Assembly (NCBI GenBank): GCA_938085445.1
Contig: CALKGR010000004.1
Coordinates: forward strand, 1 to 64,000
DNA length: 64,000 nt
Reading direction: 5' to 3'
Origin: an uncultured Rubripirellula sp.
Lineage (GTDB): Bacteria > Planctomycetota > Planctomycetia > Pirellulales > Pirellulaceae
Part shown: positions 22,366-32,326 of the stretch, one piece after another
Layout: each line of letters opens with the position of its first letter
Position numbering within the stretch: the first letter of the stretch is position 1
Program-made: the position numbers and the translations under genes
The notes under the pieces: generated by a model
The model's database searches: none
Seen by the model: the letters and a program-made list of their open reading frames with translations, nothing else
What the model was told of the DNA's origin: nothing

Positions 22366-23640
22366 GTGAGTAGAGTTCAAGTGGCAAAAAAAATCATCAT
22401 CATCGGCGGCGGCATCATTGGGCTGACATCAGCTTGGTACTGCACCCAACGGGGCCACCAAGTCACCGTCATCGATAGAAACCCCCAAGCCCGAGATGGA
22501 TGCTCCTTCGGTAATGCGGGGATGATTGTTCCAAGCCACTTCGTGCCATTAGCTGCACCGGGGATGATCAAACTAGGCCTCAAGTGGATGTGGAATCCCG
22601 AGTCACCTTTTTATATCAGGCCTCGAGCATCTTGGGATCTGCTGGCATGGCTGTGGCGATTTAGAAACGCATGCAACGCGTCACACGTCAAAAGATCAGC
22701 TCCCTTACTGCGCGACTTGCACCTTGCGAGCCGTGCCTGTTTTCAGGAACTGGCTTCAGAATTCGAGGGTGGTTTTTCGCTGACTCCCAACGGTCTGCTG
22801 ATGCTTTGCAAAAGCGAGCGGACACTCGATGAAGAAGCAGAAACGGCGCAGCTTGCAAACAGCCTGAATGTTGAAGCGTGTGTCCTCGACGCAAAAGCCA
22901 CTGCCGAAAAAGACCCCTCCATTGAAATGGATGTGGCGGGCAGTATTTACTACCCACGTGACTGCCACCTCTCACCCGATAAGTTAATGAATCGCCTGCA
23001 GTCAGACCTTTTTTCAAAAGGTTGTCAATTTTTGTGGGAAACTGATTGCAGAAAATTTCATTTGCGGGGACGTCACGCCACAGCAGTCGAGACTTCGCAA
23101 GGCTCCCTTGATGCCGACGAGTTCATCATTTGTGGTGGTGTCTGGTCGTCAGAACTTGGACGGCAACTGAATCTGAACTTGCCGATGCAGGCGGGTAAAG
23201 GATACAGCGTCACACTGGAACAACCTTGCCAACAACCAACAATCTGCTCGATCTTGACCGAGGCTCGCGTAGCGGTAACCCCAATGGAATCGTCTTTGCG
23301 GTTTGGTGGAACCATGGAGATTTCCGGTTTGGACCAGTCCATTTCACAATCCAGAGTGCGAGGCATCATCAGATCTGTCTCCGACTATTTTCCAAAATTC
23401 AAGCCATCAGACTTTGAAGACTGCGAACCTTGGACGGGCCTTCGCCCCTGCTCGCCCGATGGTCTTCCCTACGTCGGGCGAAGCAGCAACTGGGAGAACG
23501 TGATCGTTTCAACTGGCCACGCAATGATGGGAATCAGCCTTGCCCCCATCACTGGACGCTGTGTCGCAGAGATCGCTGACGAGGAACAACCCAGTATTGC
23601 CAACTTTGAACTGCTTTCACCCGACCGATTCTCCAATTGA
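22366..23640 (+). CDS. FAD-dependent D-amino acid dehydrogenase (DadA-like, probable D-hydroxyproline dehydrogenase)
   Basis: IIGGGIIG, CSFGNAG, GKGYS, WTGLRPCSPDGLP, GHAMMG. Confidence 0.9.
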   Translation: MSRVQVAKKIIIIGGGIIGLTSAWYCTQRGHQVTVIDRNPQARDGCSFGNAGMIVPSHFVPLAAPGMIKLGLKWMWNPESPFYIRPRASWDLLAWLWRFRNACNASHVKRSAPLLRDLHLASRACFQELASEFEGGFSLTPNGLLMLCKSERTLDEEAETAQLANSLNVEACVLDAKATAEKDPSIEMDVAGSIYYPRDCHLSPDKLMNRLQSDLFSKGCQFLWETDCRKFHLRGRHATAVETSQGSLDADEFIICGGVWSSELGRQLNLNLPMQAGKGYSVTLEQPCQQPTICSILTEARVAVTPMESSLRFGGTMEISGLDQSISQSRVRGIIRSVSDYFPKFKPSDFEDCEPWTGLRPCSPDGLPYVGRSSNWENVIVSTGHAMMGISLAPITGRCVAEIADEEQPSIANFELLSPDRFSN

Positions 23641-23721
23641 ACTGATTCGAAATCTGCGACACCGAATGATATGATTAGAAGCTCGCGGGCTTTCTTCTCC
23701 ACCGCCTTGGATGCATTACCC

Positions 23722-23994
23722 ATGCCACATCTTGAATTCACTTCCCAGCTCGCTCAACATGTCGATTGCCCCGCACACCAGACGGTGACGGCAACCACGC
23801 TAAACGAGGCACTGGAGTCGATGTTTAGCCAATTCCCCGCTTTACGCGACTATGTCATGCAAGCAGATGGAGCCCTGCAGCAACATGTAGCAATTTTCAT
23901 CGATGGGCAGATGCTACCTCACGGCGAATCACTCGACCTTGCAGTCGACGCCACAAGCCAGATCTTCGTCATGCAGGCGTTAGCGGGTGGCTAA
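23722..23994 (+). CDS. MoaD/ThiS family ubiquitin-like protein
   Basis: 90 aa with beta-grasp pattern and C-terminal QALAGG. Confidence 0.88.
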   Translation: MPHLEFTSQLAQHVDCPAHQTVTATTLNEALESMFSQFPALRDYVMQADGALQQHVAIFIDGQMLPHGESLDLAVDATSQIFVMQALAGG

Positions 23995-24101
23995 CGGATT
24001 CCGATTCGATCCACTGACTGCCCGCCAACGTGAGCCAATGCCCACCCCAGACGACTTGGTGATTACAACCACCGATTCCCCTGTGTACAGTGAAGGCATG
24101 G

Positions 24102-24935
24102 TTATTTTTTGTTGATGTCGGTGAAAGCTTTTACCTGCTCCGTGATCGCCTTTTCGGTCGGCAAACGCTCCATCGAACTTGCTCCATAGAACCCATCCAC
24201 GCCGTCCACTCGGTCAAGAACATAGGCTGCATCCTCGGGCATCGCGATTGGCCCACCATGACACAGGACCAGTACATCGTCCCGCACCGCGTGAGCAGCT
24301 TCTGCAATTTCAGCAACACGAGCGACTGCGGCATCAAGATCCATCGCCGTCCGGGCACCAATGGTGCCACTCGTTGTCAGCCCCATGTGCGCGACGATGA
24401 TGTCAGCTCCTACCGAAGTCAATTCTGCTGCTTGTTCGGCATTGAATGCGTACGGAGTAGTCAACAGCTCCAGTTCATGAGCCGCCCCAATACACTCAAC
24501 TTCCAAGGCGAACCCCATTCCCGTCTCTTCAAGATTCGCTCGGAAGTTCCCGTCAATCAGACCAACGGTGGGAAAATTCTGAATACCAGCGAAGCCCATG
24601 TCCTTCAATTCACGAAGAAATTTGTCGCGAAGCAAGAACGGATCAGTCGCGCACACACCTGCCAAGACCGGTGTATGACGTACAGCCGTGAGCACTTCGT
24701 TTGCCATTTCTTTCACAATGTCGTTTGCATTCCCATACGGCAACAATCCCGCGAGCGAACCTCTGCCCGCCATACGAAAACGCCCTGAGTTGTAAATGAC
24801 AATTAAGTCAATCCCGCCAGCCTCTTCACACTTGGCGCTGATTCCCGTTCCAGCCCCACCGCCCACGATGTGCTGGCCGAGCGTGATCTTATTTCTGAGC
24901 TGTTTCAGGATTGATTGACGCGTTTGCATTGCCAT
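24102..24935 (-). CDS. TIM-barrel signal transduction / PEP-hydrolase family protein (Tm-1 C-terminal homolog)
   Basis: [55 protein letters not shown]. Confidence 0.92.
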   Translation of the reverse strand: MAMQTRQSILKQLRNKITLGQHIVGGGAGTGISAKCEEAGGIDLIVIYNSGRFRMAGRGSLAGLLPYGNANDIVKEMANEVLTAVRHTPVLAGVCATDPFLLRDKFLRELKDMGFAGIQNFPTVGLIDGNFRANLEETGMGFALEVECIGAAHELELLTTPYAFNAEQAAELTSVGADIIVAHMGLTTSGTIGARTAMDLDAAVARVAEIAEAAHAVRDDVLVLCHGGPIAMPEDAAYVLDRVDGVDGFYGASSMERLPTEKAITEQVKAFTDINKK

Positions 24936-24976
24936 GATAACGATCCTCAATTTCTTCGCATGACGAGTTTGGGAGT

Positions 24977-26182
24977 CTACTGACGACTAGCCAAGGCGTT
25001 GTAATGCTGCACAACACACTCCGCAAATTCGCGATCATTGATATGTTGGCTGATCCGGACAACTTGACACATTTGACACCCCTTCAATTGCTCTTCCAAT
25101 TCCTGAAACAAAATAGCGTTGGTACCGGGATCATGAAACGGCTGCCCAGGCGCATCCAGGGCTGACAAACCCAATTCCGGGATAATCACGACCATGGGAG
25201 AGATGGTTTTTCGAATCCTGGTAGCGATCCAGCGAGCGATAAGACGATTTTCTTCCGCATTCGTGCGCATCAGAGTGACCTGGGCATTATGAACGTGGAA
25301 CAAACGATCTGAAAACTGGTCAGGTACAGTTTCCCATGCTCCAAAGTTGACCATATCGAGAGCGCCCAAACTAAGAATTACGGGAGCCCCGCTTTCGACT
25401 AACTTCTTGAACCTTTGACTGCCTGCTGGGAAAACACCTCCCACAACTTCGTCAGCTACCTCGGTTGTTGTGATATCGAGGACTCCTTGTAGCAAGCATG
25501 ATTCAACAAGCCGTTCCATGGCTCGCCCTCCTGTCCCCGTTGCATGAAAAACAAGGCACTGGTGACCTGTCTTCTCAAGTTGCTCACGCACAGCATCAAC
25601 GCAAGGCGTGGTAACGCCAAACATGGTCATCCCTAATGTTGGCTTGTCAGCAACCGCGTCCACGCGGTGTTGGACCATCCCGGCCATCGCGTGCGCTGCG
25701 TTACCAAGCACTTTTCGCGAAACGACATTGAGACCAGCAACATCCACCACGGAATACATCATGGTGATATCACTGCAATCGACGTAAGGTGCAGTATTGC
25801 CACTGGCAACAGTCGATACCATCAGTTTTGGCACTCCAATAGCAAGCGATCGCATCGCCGGCGTGATCAACGCGGTTCCGCCGCTGCCACCAATACCAAT
25901 CACACCTGCAAGCTGCCCCGCGTCAGCTTTATTCATCAAGTACCGCTGCAGAGCTTCACCCATGGCGGTCACCGCCTCGGCCCGACTTTCAAACGAAACC
26001 TTGGCAGCGTTACCTTGTACTTCATCGCTCGTCACGTCTGGCTGCCCTGTTGGTGGCCCACCTGTACCCACATCAACCACTTTGACCTGAACTCCCGCGA
26101 AACGCAGGCAGTCGGCCACATACTGCAATTCGATGCCTTTCGTGTCCATTGTTGCGATCACGTAAACAAACTTGCTAACCAT
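24977..26182 (-). CDS. Tm-1-like ATP-binding domain protein (UPF0261)
   Basis: [58 protein letters not shown]. Confidence 0.92.
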   Translation of the reverse strand: MVSKFVYVIATMDTKGIELQYVADCLRFAGVQVKVVDVGTGGPPTGQPDVTSDEVQGNAAKVSFESRAEAVTAMGEALQRYLMNKADAGQLAGVIGIGGSGGTALITPAMRSLAIGVPKLMVSTVASGNTAPYVDCSDITMMYSVVDVAGLNVVSRKVLGNAAHAMAGMVQHRVDAVADKPTLGMTMFGVTTPCVDAVREQLEKTGHQCLVFHATGTGGRAMERLVESCLLQGVLDITTTEVADEVVGGVFPAGSQRFKKLVESGAPVILSLGALDMVNFGAWETVPDQFSDRLFHVHNAQVTLMRTNAEENRLIARWIATRIRKTISPMVVIIPELGLSALDAPGQPFHDPGTNAILFQELEEQLKGCQMCQVVRISQHINDREFAECVVQHYNALASRQ

Positions 26183-26647
26183 GTTCAACTCCATGCAACC
26201 CGCAATTCGCCCGCAGCTTGAGGCATTCTTGTTTCGAACACACCAGCCTCAATCTACAGTCTGGTCAAATGTATAGACTGAGCATTTCTCGTGGACCTAA
26301 AATAACACCTACAGGATGAGACAACACAGAACCAACGGCTCCTACTCGCAAGTTGACGCTGACCTGCAATGAAAGCATGAAAAAGGATCTCCCGAATTAC
26401 TCTTATCTTTAAATTCGAAGACGAACCATCCCAAAAGGCTCATTACTCGCACCAATGGGCTTACACCAAGTGATGTACACGAGTTTTCTCCCTTAAAAAA
26501 TGCAACGCGACAACAATGACGATCATGGGTCACAACAACTTGCGGATGCAGGCTTGTATGGAAAAATCTCATGCTGAGGCTACTGAATGGACGAATTTCA
26601 GAAGACACACCAGATTTCCTGCATGAATCGATTACTTAAGATCGCCG

Positions 26648-26995
26648 ATGAATAAGATCAATCTCCGCCCCGCGCTCGCTTCAATGGCTGACGATCAGGA
26701 TATTCTTTATGCAGTGGTTGCTGCGTTCCTAGAGGAAGTACCCTCGCTGATGAATCAACTTGATCAAGCGCTTGCCACGAACGACCGAGCGGCAGCCCAG
26801 CGGGCCTCACACACACTCAAGGGCAACTTTCGTATCCTGCAACTGCAGAATCAACAAACAGTGTGGGCAAAAATCGAAACGCTGGCTCACGAGGGCCAAC
26901 TTGCCCAAATCCCTGAATTGGTGCCAGAGGCGAAACGGGTCAGCGAGAATGTTCTCGAACAACTCAAAAGCGTTCTGGATTCGCGACAAATGTAG
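26648..26995 (+). CDS. stand-alone Hpt (histidine phosphotransfer) protein
   Basis: helical protein with RASHTLKG phospho-His motif. Confidence 0.88.
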   Translation: MNKINLRPALASMADDQDILYAVVAAFLEEVPSLMNQLDQALATNDRAAAQRASHTLKGNFRILQLQNQQTVWAKIETLAHEGQLAQIPELVPEAKRVSENVLEQLKSVLDSRQM

Positions 26996-27154
26996 CCGCA
27001 ATCTAAACAGGATGATTGTCTTATTCCTGGGCATTGCTGCCCTTGAAATGATCTTTGCCCAACACTTCGTCAGTTGAAAAATGCTGCGGTCAGCTTATTC
27101 CGCGAACATGCAATCACTCTCTGAACTGAACGCGATTTTCACGAGATGCTTTTT

Positions 27155-28120
27155 TCACGAGATGCTTTGCAACTTCAGAGCTGCTTGTACAACCGCACGA
27201 GACTTTTCAAGCCCCTCGGATGCCACCTCAGCAGGATCGCGTTCCCAGTACTCGGGATTAAATAATTCAAGTGAAAATGTGCCGGCGAATCCATGGTCAA
27301 TCAACTGTCGGATAATCTGCGGCAACGGGCAAACTCCGTCACCTGGGAAAACGCGATGCTTATCAGCGATTTCAGCGAGAGGGGGATCAGCTGGGTAGTC
27401 ATTCATATGAAAACAATGCATCCGTGATGCTTCAATCATGCCCAGCGACGCGAAATCATTGCCACCTTTGTAGATGTGATAAAAATCTGGCAACACGCAA
27501 GCGTCCGGATGCGCTGCACCTGCCGACACATAGGCCAGCTCGCTCAACTTGCTCAATGTGGGTGAGAATCCCCAGAGTTCCAACTGAGGCACCACACCAA
27601 CCTGTTCGCCCACTTCCAACAGCGCCCGATAACGCTCTGCGATCACTGGCAAGGGCGGTGGCGTGCTGTCACCGCGGTGTGCACCGACAGGCGGAGCAGC
27701 CACAAGATCTCCCCCAATCTCTTTCACCAACGCCATTTCCCGCTTCGCCTGCTCGAGCCCCTTAGCCCGCGCATCGGGATCATCAACAATCCAATTCGCG
27801 AAACCGATCGCACTATCTACGGTAAGCCCACTATCCGCAATCTTTTTCTTCAAATCGGCGAGACTTCCGCCCTTATCGGCATGCTGTTGAATGTCTCGAA
27901 TCCATGGTTCGATGCCGTCGTAGCCCGCTTTGGCAGTCAAATCAACCTGTTCTTCGATGGACAGTTTCTGACCACGTACCGTACTGGTATTCAAAGCAAA
28001 ACGAACAGGTGCATTACTACTCAACTGAGCAGCTGCTTGGGTTTGTTTCTGTGGAATAGAAGCAGCAGTCATGGCAGTCGCGGCAATTAGAAGGTCACGG
28101 CGTGGAATCATAAGGTTCAT
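27155..28120 (-). CDS. sugar phosphate isomerase/epimerase (xylose isomerase-like TIM barrel), Tat-exported
   Basis: RRDLL Tat motif, GYDGIEPW, LELWG, DFYH, HMND, PGDG, SLELFN. Confidence 0.9.
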   Translation of the reverse strand: MNLMIPRRDLLIAATAMTAASIPQKQTQAAAQLSSNAPVRFALNTSTVRGQKLSIEEQVDLTAKAGYDGIEPWIRDIQQHADKGGSLADLKKKIADSGLTVDSAIGFANWIVDDPDARAKGLEQAKREMALVKEIGGDLVAAPPVGAHRGDSTPPPLPVIAERYRALLEVGEQVGVVPQLELWGFSPTLSKLSELAYVSAGAAHPDACVLPDFYHIYKGGNDFASLGMIEASRMHCFHMNDYPADPPLAEIADKHRVFPGDGVCPLPQIIRQLIDHGFAGTFSLELFNPEYWERDPAEVASEGLEKSRAVVQAALKLQSIS

Positions 28121-28549
28121 TTCTCACTTGTCAGGCAATCTCACTCGTCAGGCAAATTTACTCACCGGGGGATTCAACTCTCAGCGAATCAAACTTCGTC
28201 CCCTGCTGTATCATCTTGCACTTCCTGACAGGTTACCAGACACCAGCGATCACTGCACAGAACGAAGCAAGTGCAAACCATCCAACAGCAATACGAAATG
28301 GCATCTCCACAAAAGGCGATCGAAACCTGAGCATCCCATGCCCTGCAACCTCTCAGAAACAACAGGTCGCCCCAGTCGACATTCCGCAGAAAGATTCCGG
28401 GCCGAACGAGCAAAAATGGCTTCATTGAGTTCGCTGCAGCGAAACACGCAGGAAATGCCACTTCAACGCCGATTCAATGCGACCCGACAGCCGCCACCTG
28501 AAAACGACCTGTTCTCAACTTTGAACGCATGGCTTCCAGAACAAGGCAT

Positions 28550-29176
28550 TCAACGCCTGAGCGAAGACAAACGCAGCAACTGCTCGGCGGCCGTTCCGAA
28601 CACCTGCCGAAACTCGGATATAGCCAGTGTCTTCAACCGACCATCGAGCTGATTGATTGCCATTCCGTAGGCTTGAATGGATGAGGACTTTCGCCCCTCG
28701 CGGTACTCTTGCCTGGCAAATCGAACCAGTGCTTTTCCCTCTTCAATTCGCGAAAGCGGCGAAGCCGCTGGAATTCGCGTCCGTTGCGATGACAGCCCGG
28801 ATGCATCCCGAGTCAGGCCCACTACCCCAATCTGCCGTTCTTGAGTTCGCATCCGACGCAGGAATTCCTCGGGAGAACCACCCAGAATTTGGCGATCCAT
28901 CTCGGCCAGGTCAATAATGCGCGCAGATACGGAGGCATTTGAAGTTGAGTTGGCACTACCGTAGCCGCGGTTCCAGCCTCGACGGTTGTATCCAGTGGCC
29001 GACCTTTTCACCCCACCAAGCGACGTGGTTCCGCCATCAGGGACAAGCACCGACCCGCCGTAGGAGAACGTGTGGAAACTTGGTAACTGCACCGTTGTTG
29101 GCAGTTGGGCGTGACAAACGCTTAAGCCTGATAACATTGGCATCAGGATTCCGAGCAGAGTGCAAAATTGCTTCAC
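28550..29176 (-). CDS. secreted hypothetical protein with a secretin-like segment
   Basis: signal peptide, then TTVQLPSF...SVLVPDGGTTSLGG; helical C-terminus. Confidence 0.65.
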   Translation of the reverse strand: MKQFCTLLGILMPMLSGLSVCHAQLPTTVQLPSFHTFSYGGSVLVPDGGTTSLGGVKRSATGYNRRGWNRGYGSANSTSNASVSARIIDLAEMDRQILGGSPEEFLRRMRTQERQIGVVGLTRDASGLSSQRTRIPAASPLSRIEEGKALVRFARQEYREGRKSSSIQAYGMAINQLDGRLKTLAISEFRQVFGTAAEQLLRLSSLRR

Positions 29177-29289
29177 AATACAAACTCCCGGCAAGATGCC
29201 TTACACGATTCGTACGAACAGCAATCCGGGACGATCTCTCAATCGACACGGTTGCATGAGACGGAAAAGGGTATCAGGTTTCTCTTCGC

Positions 29290-30000
29290 CTACTCACCTT
29301 TCTTCTTGATCTTGTCACCAAATTCACGATTAAACTTGCGCACCTTGTTACGCACAACTGCCTGGCAGTATCCGGCGTTCGGGTTACGTGCAAAGTAATC
29401 TTGGTGATACTCCTCCGCGGCATAAAATTTAGAAGCGGGTTCGAGTGTGGTAACAATGGGGCCTTCTCCCGCAGCGTTCAATTTAGCGATGTATTTCTTC
29501 GCCTTCTGTTTCTGCTGTTCGTCATGGAAAAACACCGCGCTGCGGTATTGCGGTCCGACATCAGCACCCTGTCGATTCAACGTCGTGGGATCATGCGTCT
29601 TGAAGAAAACCTCAAGGAGTTCTTCATAGGTAGTCTTGCTGGGGTCGTAATAAATCTCGACCGCCTCTGCGTGCCCAGTCCGCTTTCCACAAACTTGCTG
29701 ATACGTGGGATTCTTAACATGGCCTCCGATATATCCGGAAACTACATCGTTCACCCCACGCATTCGCTCATAAACGGCTTCCGTGCACCAAAAACATCCA
29801 CCTGCGAGCGTAGCGACCGCCTCTTTTTTGGCTTTGGCTTCGGACTTGTCGCTATTCTCTGCATCTACTTGATTCGGCGCTGACACCAGTTCTTCTACGG
29901 GGTTTGCGGCGACAGCGTTGCCCCCGACAGTAACTGCAACAACGAGCAGAGCAGAGCTTAGTACGCCAATGAGCGACAGCCTTCTTGTATTTACTGACAT
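29290..30000 (-). CDS. msrA: peptide-methionine (S)-S-oxide reductase with signal peptide
   Basis: GGCFWC, VSGYIGG, HAEAV, HDPT, QYRS, AEEYHQDY, GYC. Confidence 0.95.
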   Translation of the reverse strand: MSVNTRRLSLIGVLSSALLVVAVTVGGNAVAANPVEELVSAPNQVDAENSDKSEAKAKKEAVATLAGGCFWCTEAVYERMRGVNDVVSGYIGGHVKNPTYQQVCGKRTGHAEAVEIYYDPSKTTYEELLEVFFKTHDPTTLNRQGADVGPQYRSAVFFHDEQQKQKAKKYIAKLNAAGEGPIVTTLEPASKFYAAEEYHQDYFARNPNAGYCQAVVRNKVRKFNREFGDKIKKKGE

Positions 30001-30626
30001 CACGGTAAACCTTGATCTCGATGGACATTGATGGCACCCGCCCACCGGACATTGGTGTTGCGGATTCATGCTTGAACATATCGTTCGCCAAGCGTCTGGA
30101 ACTATCCCAAAATCACTCGACTCCTATAATATCCCCCATCATACAAAAAGGGCGAGTCCTTGTTGACTTTAACCTTTCCGCTTTTGGCTGTCCGCTGCCG
30201 AATCTTGTTCAGGAACCCGTGGTAATCGACAACTTGGCTCACAGATGGCCCAGTTTCATCCCGACCTCGCAAGGAATCGCTGGCAGCGCAGGCCCGAGCA
30301 GAACCACACAGGTCAGTATGCAAGCCAAAAATTCCGAAGCCATATGCCCCTGCCAAGCCGCGCGGACTATCCTCTGCATCCGTAGGCTCCCTGCTTGGCA
30401 GCTCACCTGCTTTTCCTTTTTTTCCTTTTGATTTAAGCAAATTCGGGGACAACCCTCATTGAGCCAGAGCAACCGTCTCTCCACCTTCCCCATGACGAGT
30501 CCTGAGCTTCCCAGACGCCTTACCGGCTCTGACATTCACGTCCTCGTAGCCTCGTCACAAGACAACACGCCTTTTACCCGCCTCAACCTCACTTCCTGAC
30601 TCTGGGCGACTCAGCCCAGCTCCACT

Positions 30627-31070
30627 ATGTCCGATTTTTTTGACTACTCACATGTCGTCGCCCCAGACGAAATTGATGCACAGGGCCATGTTCACAATTT
30701 GCGATACTTACAATGGACACTGTGGGCCGCGGGGTCCCATAGTCGAGCTGGCGGCTGGGACAGCAAAAAGGCTTTAGAGCAGAAACTTGGATGGGTCGTC
30801 AGAAATCACGATATCACTTACCGCGCAGCAGCCATGCAAGGTGATGCAATTACGATCCGAACGTGGGTGTCTGAAATTGCAAAATTTGCCTCGTTGCGTA
30901 AATACTTGATCTGCAGATCCGCGGATGAAACGATTCTCGCAAAGGTCGAGACGCGGTGGGTTTATGTCGACCTGTCCAAACCCAAAGTGATCGCAATTCC
31001 AGAAGAATTAAAAACACAACTGTCCGTCTGTGACCCTGCTCCGAAACCACCTTGGGCAACAATCCAATGA
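30627..31070 (+). CDS. acyl-CoA thioesterase (4HBT/YbgC hotdog fold)
   Basis: EIDAQGHVHNLRY, WVVRNHDITYR, TRWVYVD. Confidence 0.9.
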   Translation: MSDFFDYSHVVAPDEIDAQGHVHNLRYLQWTLWAAGSHSRAGGWDSKKALEQKLGWVVRNHDITYRAAAMQGDAITIRTWVSEIAKFASLRKYLICRSADETILAKVETRWVYVDLSKPKVIAIPEELKTQLSVCDPAPKPPWATIQ

Positions 31071-31546
31071 CTTCAACGGACCGTGGCCGCGTTACCTCTG
31101 AAAATCCTCCCGCTAAAACAAAATTGGTAGGTCAGGCAACCAGCTCAAGTCGAAATCGATGGCTCCTGATCTTCCTTCGTTTCATTGGCACAACCGCGCT
31201 GTTAGCATTTCTTGCGTCGGTCATGCCCGCTGCTTGGATCATCAGTATTTCAGAAGAACTGGGTTTCGACCCTTTTCCACATTCACCACTGACTTTTTAC
31301 CTCGCAAGACATCTATCTCTTCTTTACGGATTTGTAGGGGCAACGCTTCTTGTCATTGCCAGTGACCTGGCTCGATATCGCTCCTTGGTCCGCTATGCCG
31401 CCATCGGAACGATTCTGTTGAGCGGATTTCAGCTGGTTATTGATTCCATGTCCGATTTACCATGGTGGTGGACATGGGGCGAATCTGGCTCAACCCTTGT
31501 GGGAGGACTCATGCTGTACTGGCTTCAGCGACCAGAAAAACAGTAG
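31067..31546 (+). CDS. four-TM hypothetical membrane protein
   Basis: four hydrophobic segments, YLARHLSLLYG; ATGA overlap with the thioesterase. Confidence 0.75.
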   Translation: MTSTDRGRVTSENPPAKTKLVGQATSSSRNRWLLIFLRFIGTTALLAFLASVMPAAWIISISEELGFDPFPHSPLTFYLARHLSLLYGFVGATLLVIASDLARYRSLVRYAAIGTILLSGFQLVIDSMSDLPWWWTWGESGSTLVGGLMLYWLQRPEKQ

Positions 31547-31618
31547 CTTTCTGTGCCACTAATAAAGCGGGCAAATGGTACGACGGCGAATGAACAGCCA
31601 CAGAGCCGTACACTTTCG

Positions 31619-32326
31619 TCAGTGCTGAAACTGCTCGATTAAATCTCGAAGGCGTTCAATGCAATCCTCGGTCTCATTCTGCCCGAGCAACGGTGGTATC
31701 TGTGTAAGGAAATCTGCAGGCAGTCCCTTTTGCTGCAAAAAACAGGCAACTTTTGCTGATTGCCCATCCCTGTACGATTCGGCTGTCTGGTAAACCGCCA
31801 CGCCGAGGATACGATCTGAAATCTGCATTACCAGACGCTGCCACTCTTTCCCTTGGCAAACAGAAAGCCCGATTTTCACAACGCGATTCTGTTGTTCATT
31901 GAGAGCCTGAATCACATCGTCGCGCCAGCATTGCAGACCGGCTTCCACGACATGATCAACCGTTCCTGACTCACCGTTGGCATCATCGAATTCGCTATCC
32001 TCGCACGTTTCTTCTTCGAGTTCCTTTACCACTTGCTCAAACACGTACTGAAAAATTGCATCCACAGTCGCCTCCCACATCGCCGCTGGCTTCGGTGAGT
32101 CCTGCTCGGTTAACAATGCAGTTGCAACCCTTTCCAATAGCCAAACCTTCTGCTCGGCCTCCCACTGATCAAACCAATCAATCCCTGATACCCAACATTC
32201 CTGGTCAGCTTCAGATCGATCTGCAATCGCAGGCACAAATTCCGAAAGAATTGAAGAAACGGCACGGCAGAGCAAGCATGCCTCAGCGTGCCCGAGACGC
32301 CGTTCTCCATCCACTGTTACCCACAT
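31619..32326 (-). CDS. hypothetical protein
   Basis: 235-aa ORF overlapping the end of the upstream glycosyltransferase; acidic, helical. Confidence 0.7.
   Translation of the reverse strand: MWVTVDGERRLGHAEACLLCRAVSSILSEFVPAIADRSEADQECWVSGIDWFDQWEAEQKVWLLERVATALLTEQDSPKPAAMWEATVDAIFQYVFEQVVKELEEETCEDSEFDDANGESGTVDHVVEAGLQCWRDDVIQALNEQQNRVVKIGLSVCQGKEWQRLVMQISDRILGVAVYQTAESYRDGQSAKVACFLQQKGLPADFLTQIPPLLGQNETEDCIERLRDLIEQFQH

Noticed and set aside
24090..24788. 232-aa plus-strand ORF and similar long antisense ORFs (e.g. 5252-5878, 25667-26221, 8357-8842)
   Set aside because: They shadow well-supported genes and have no protein motifs.
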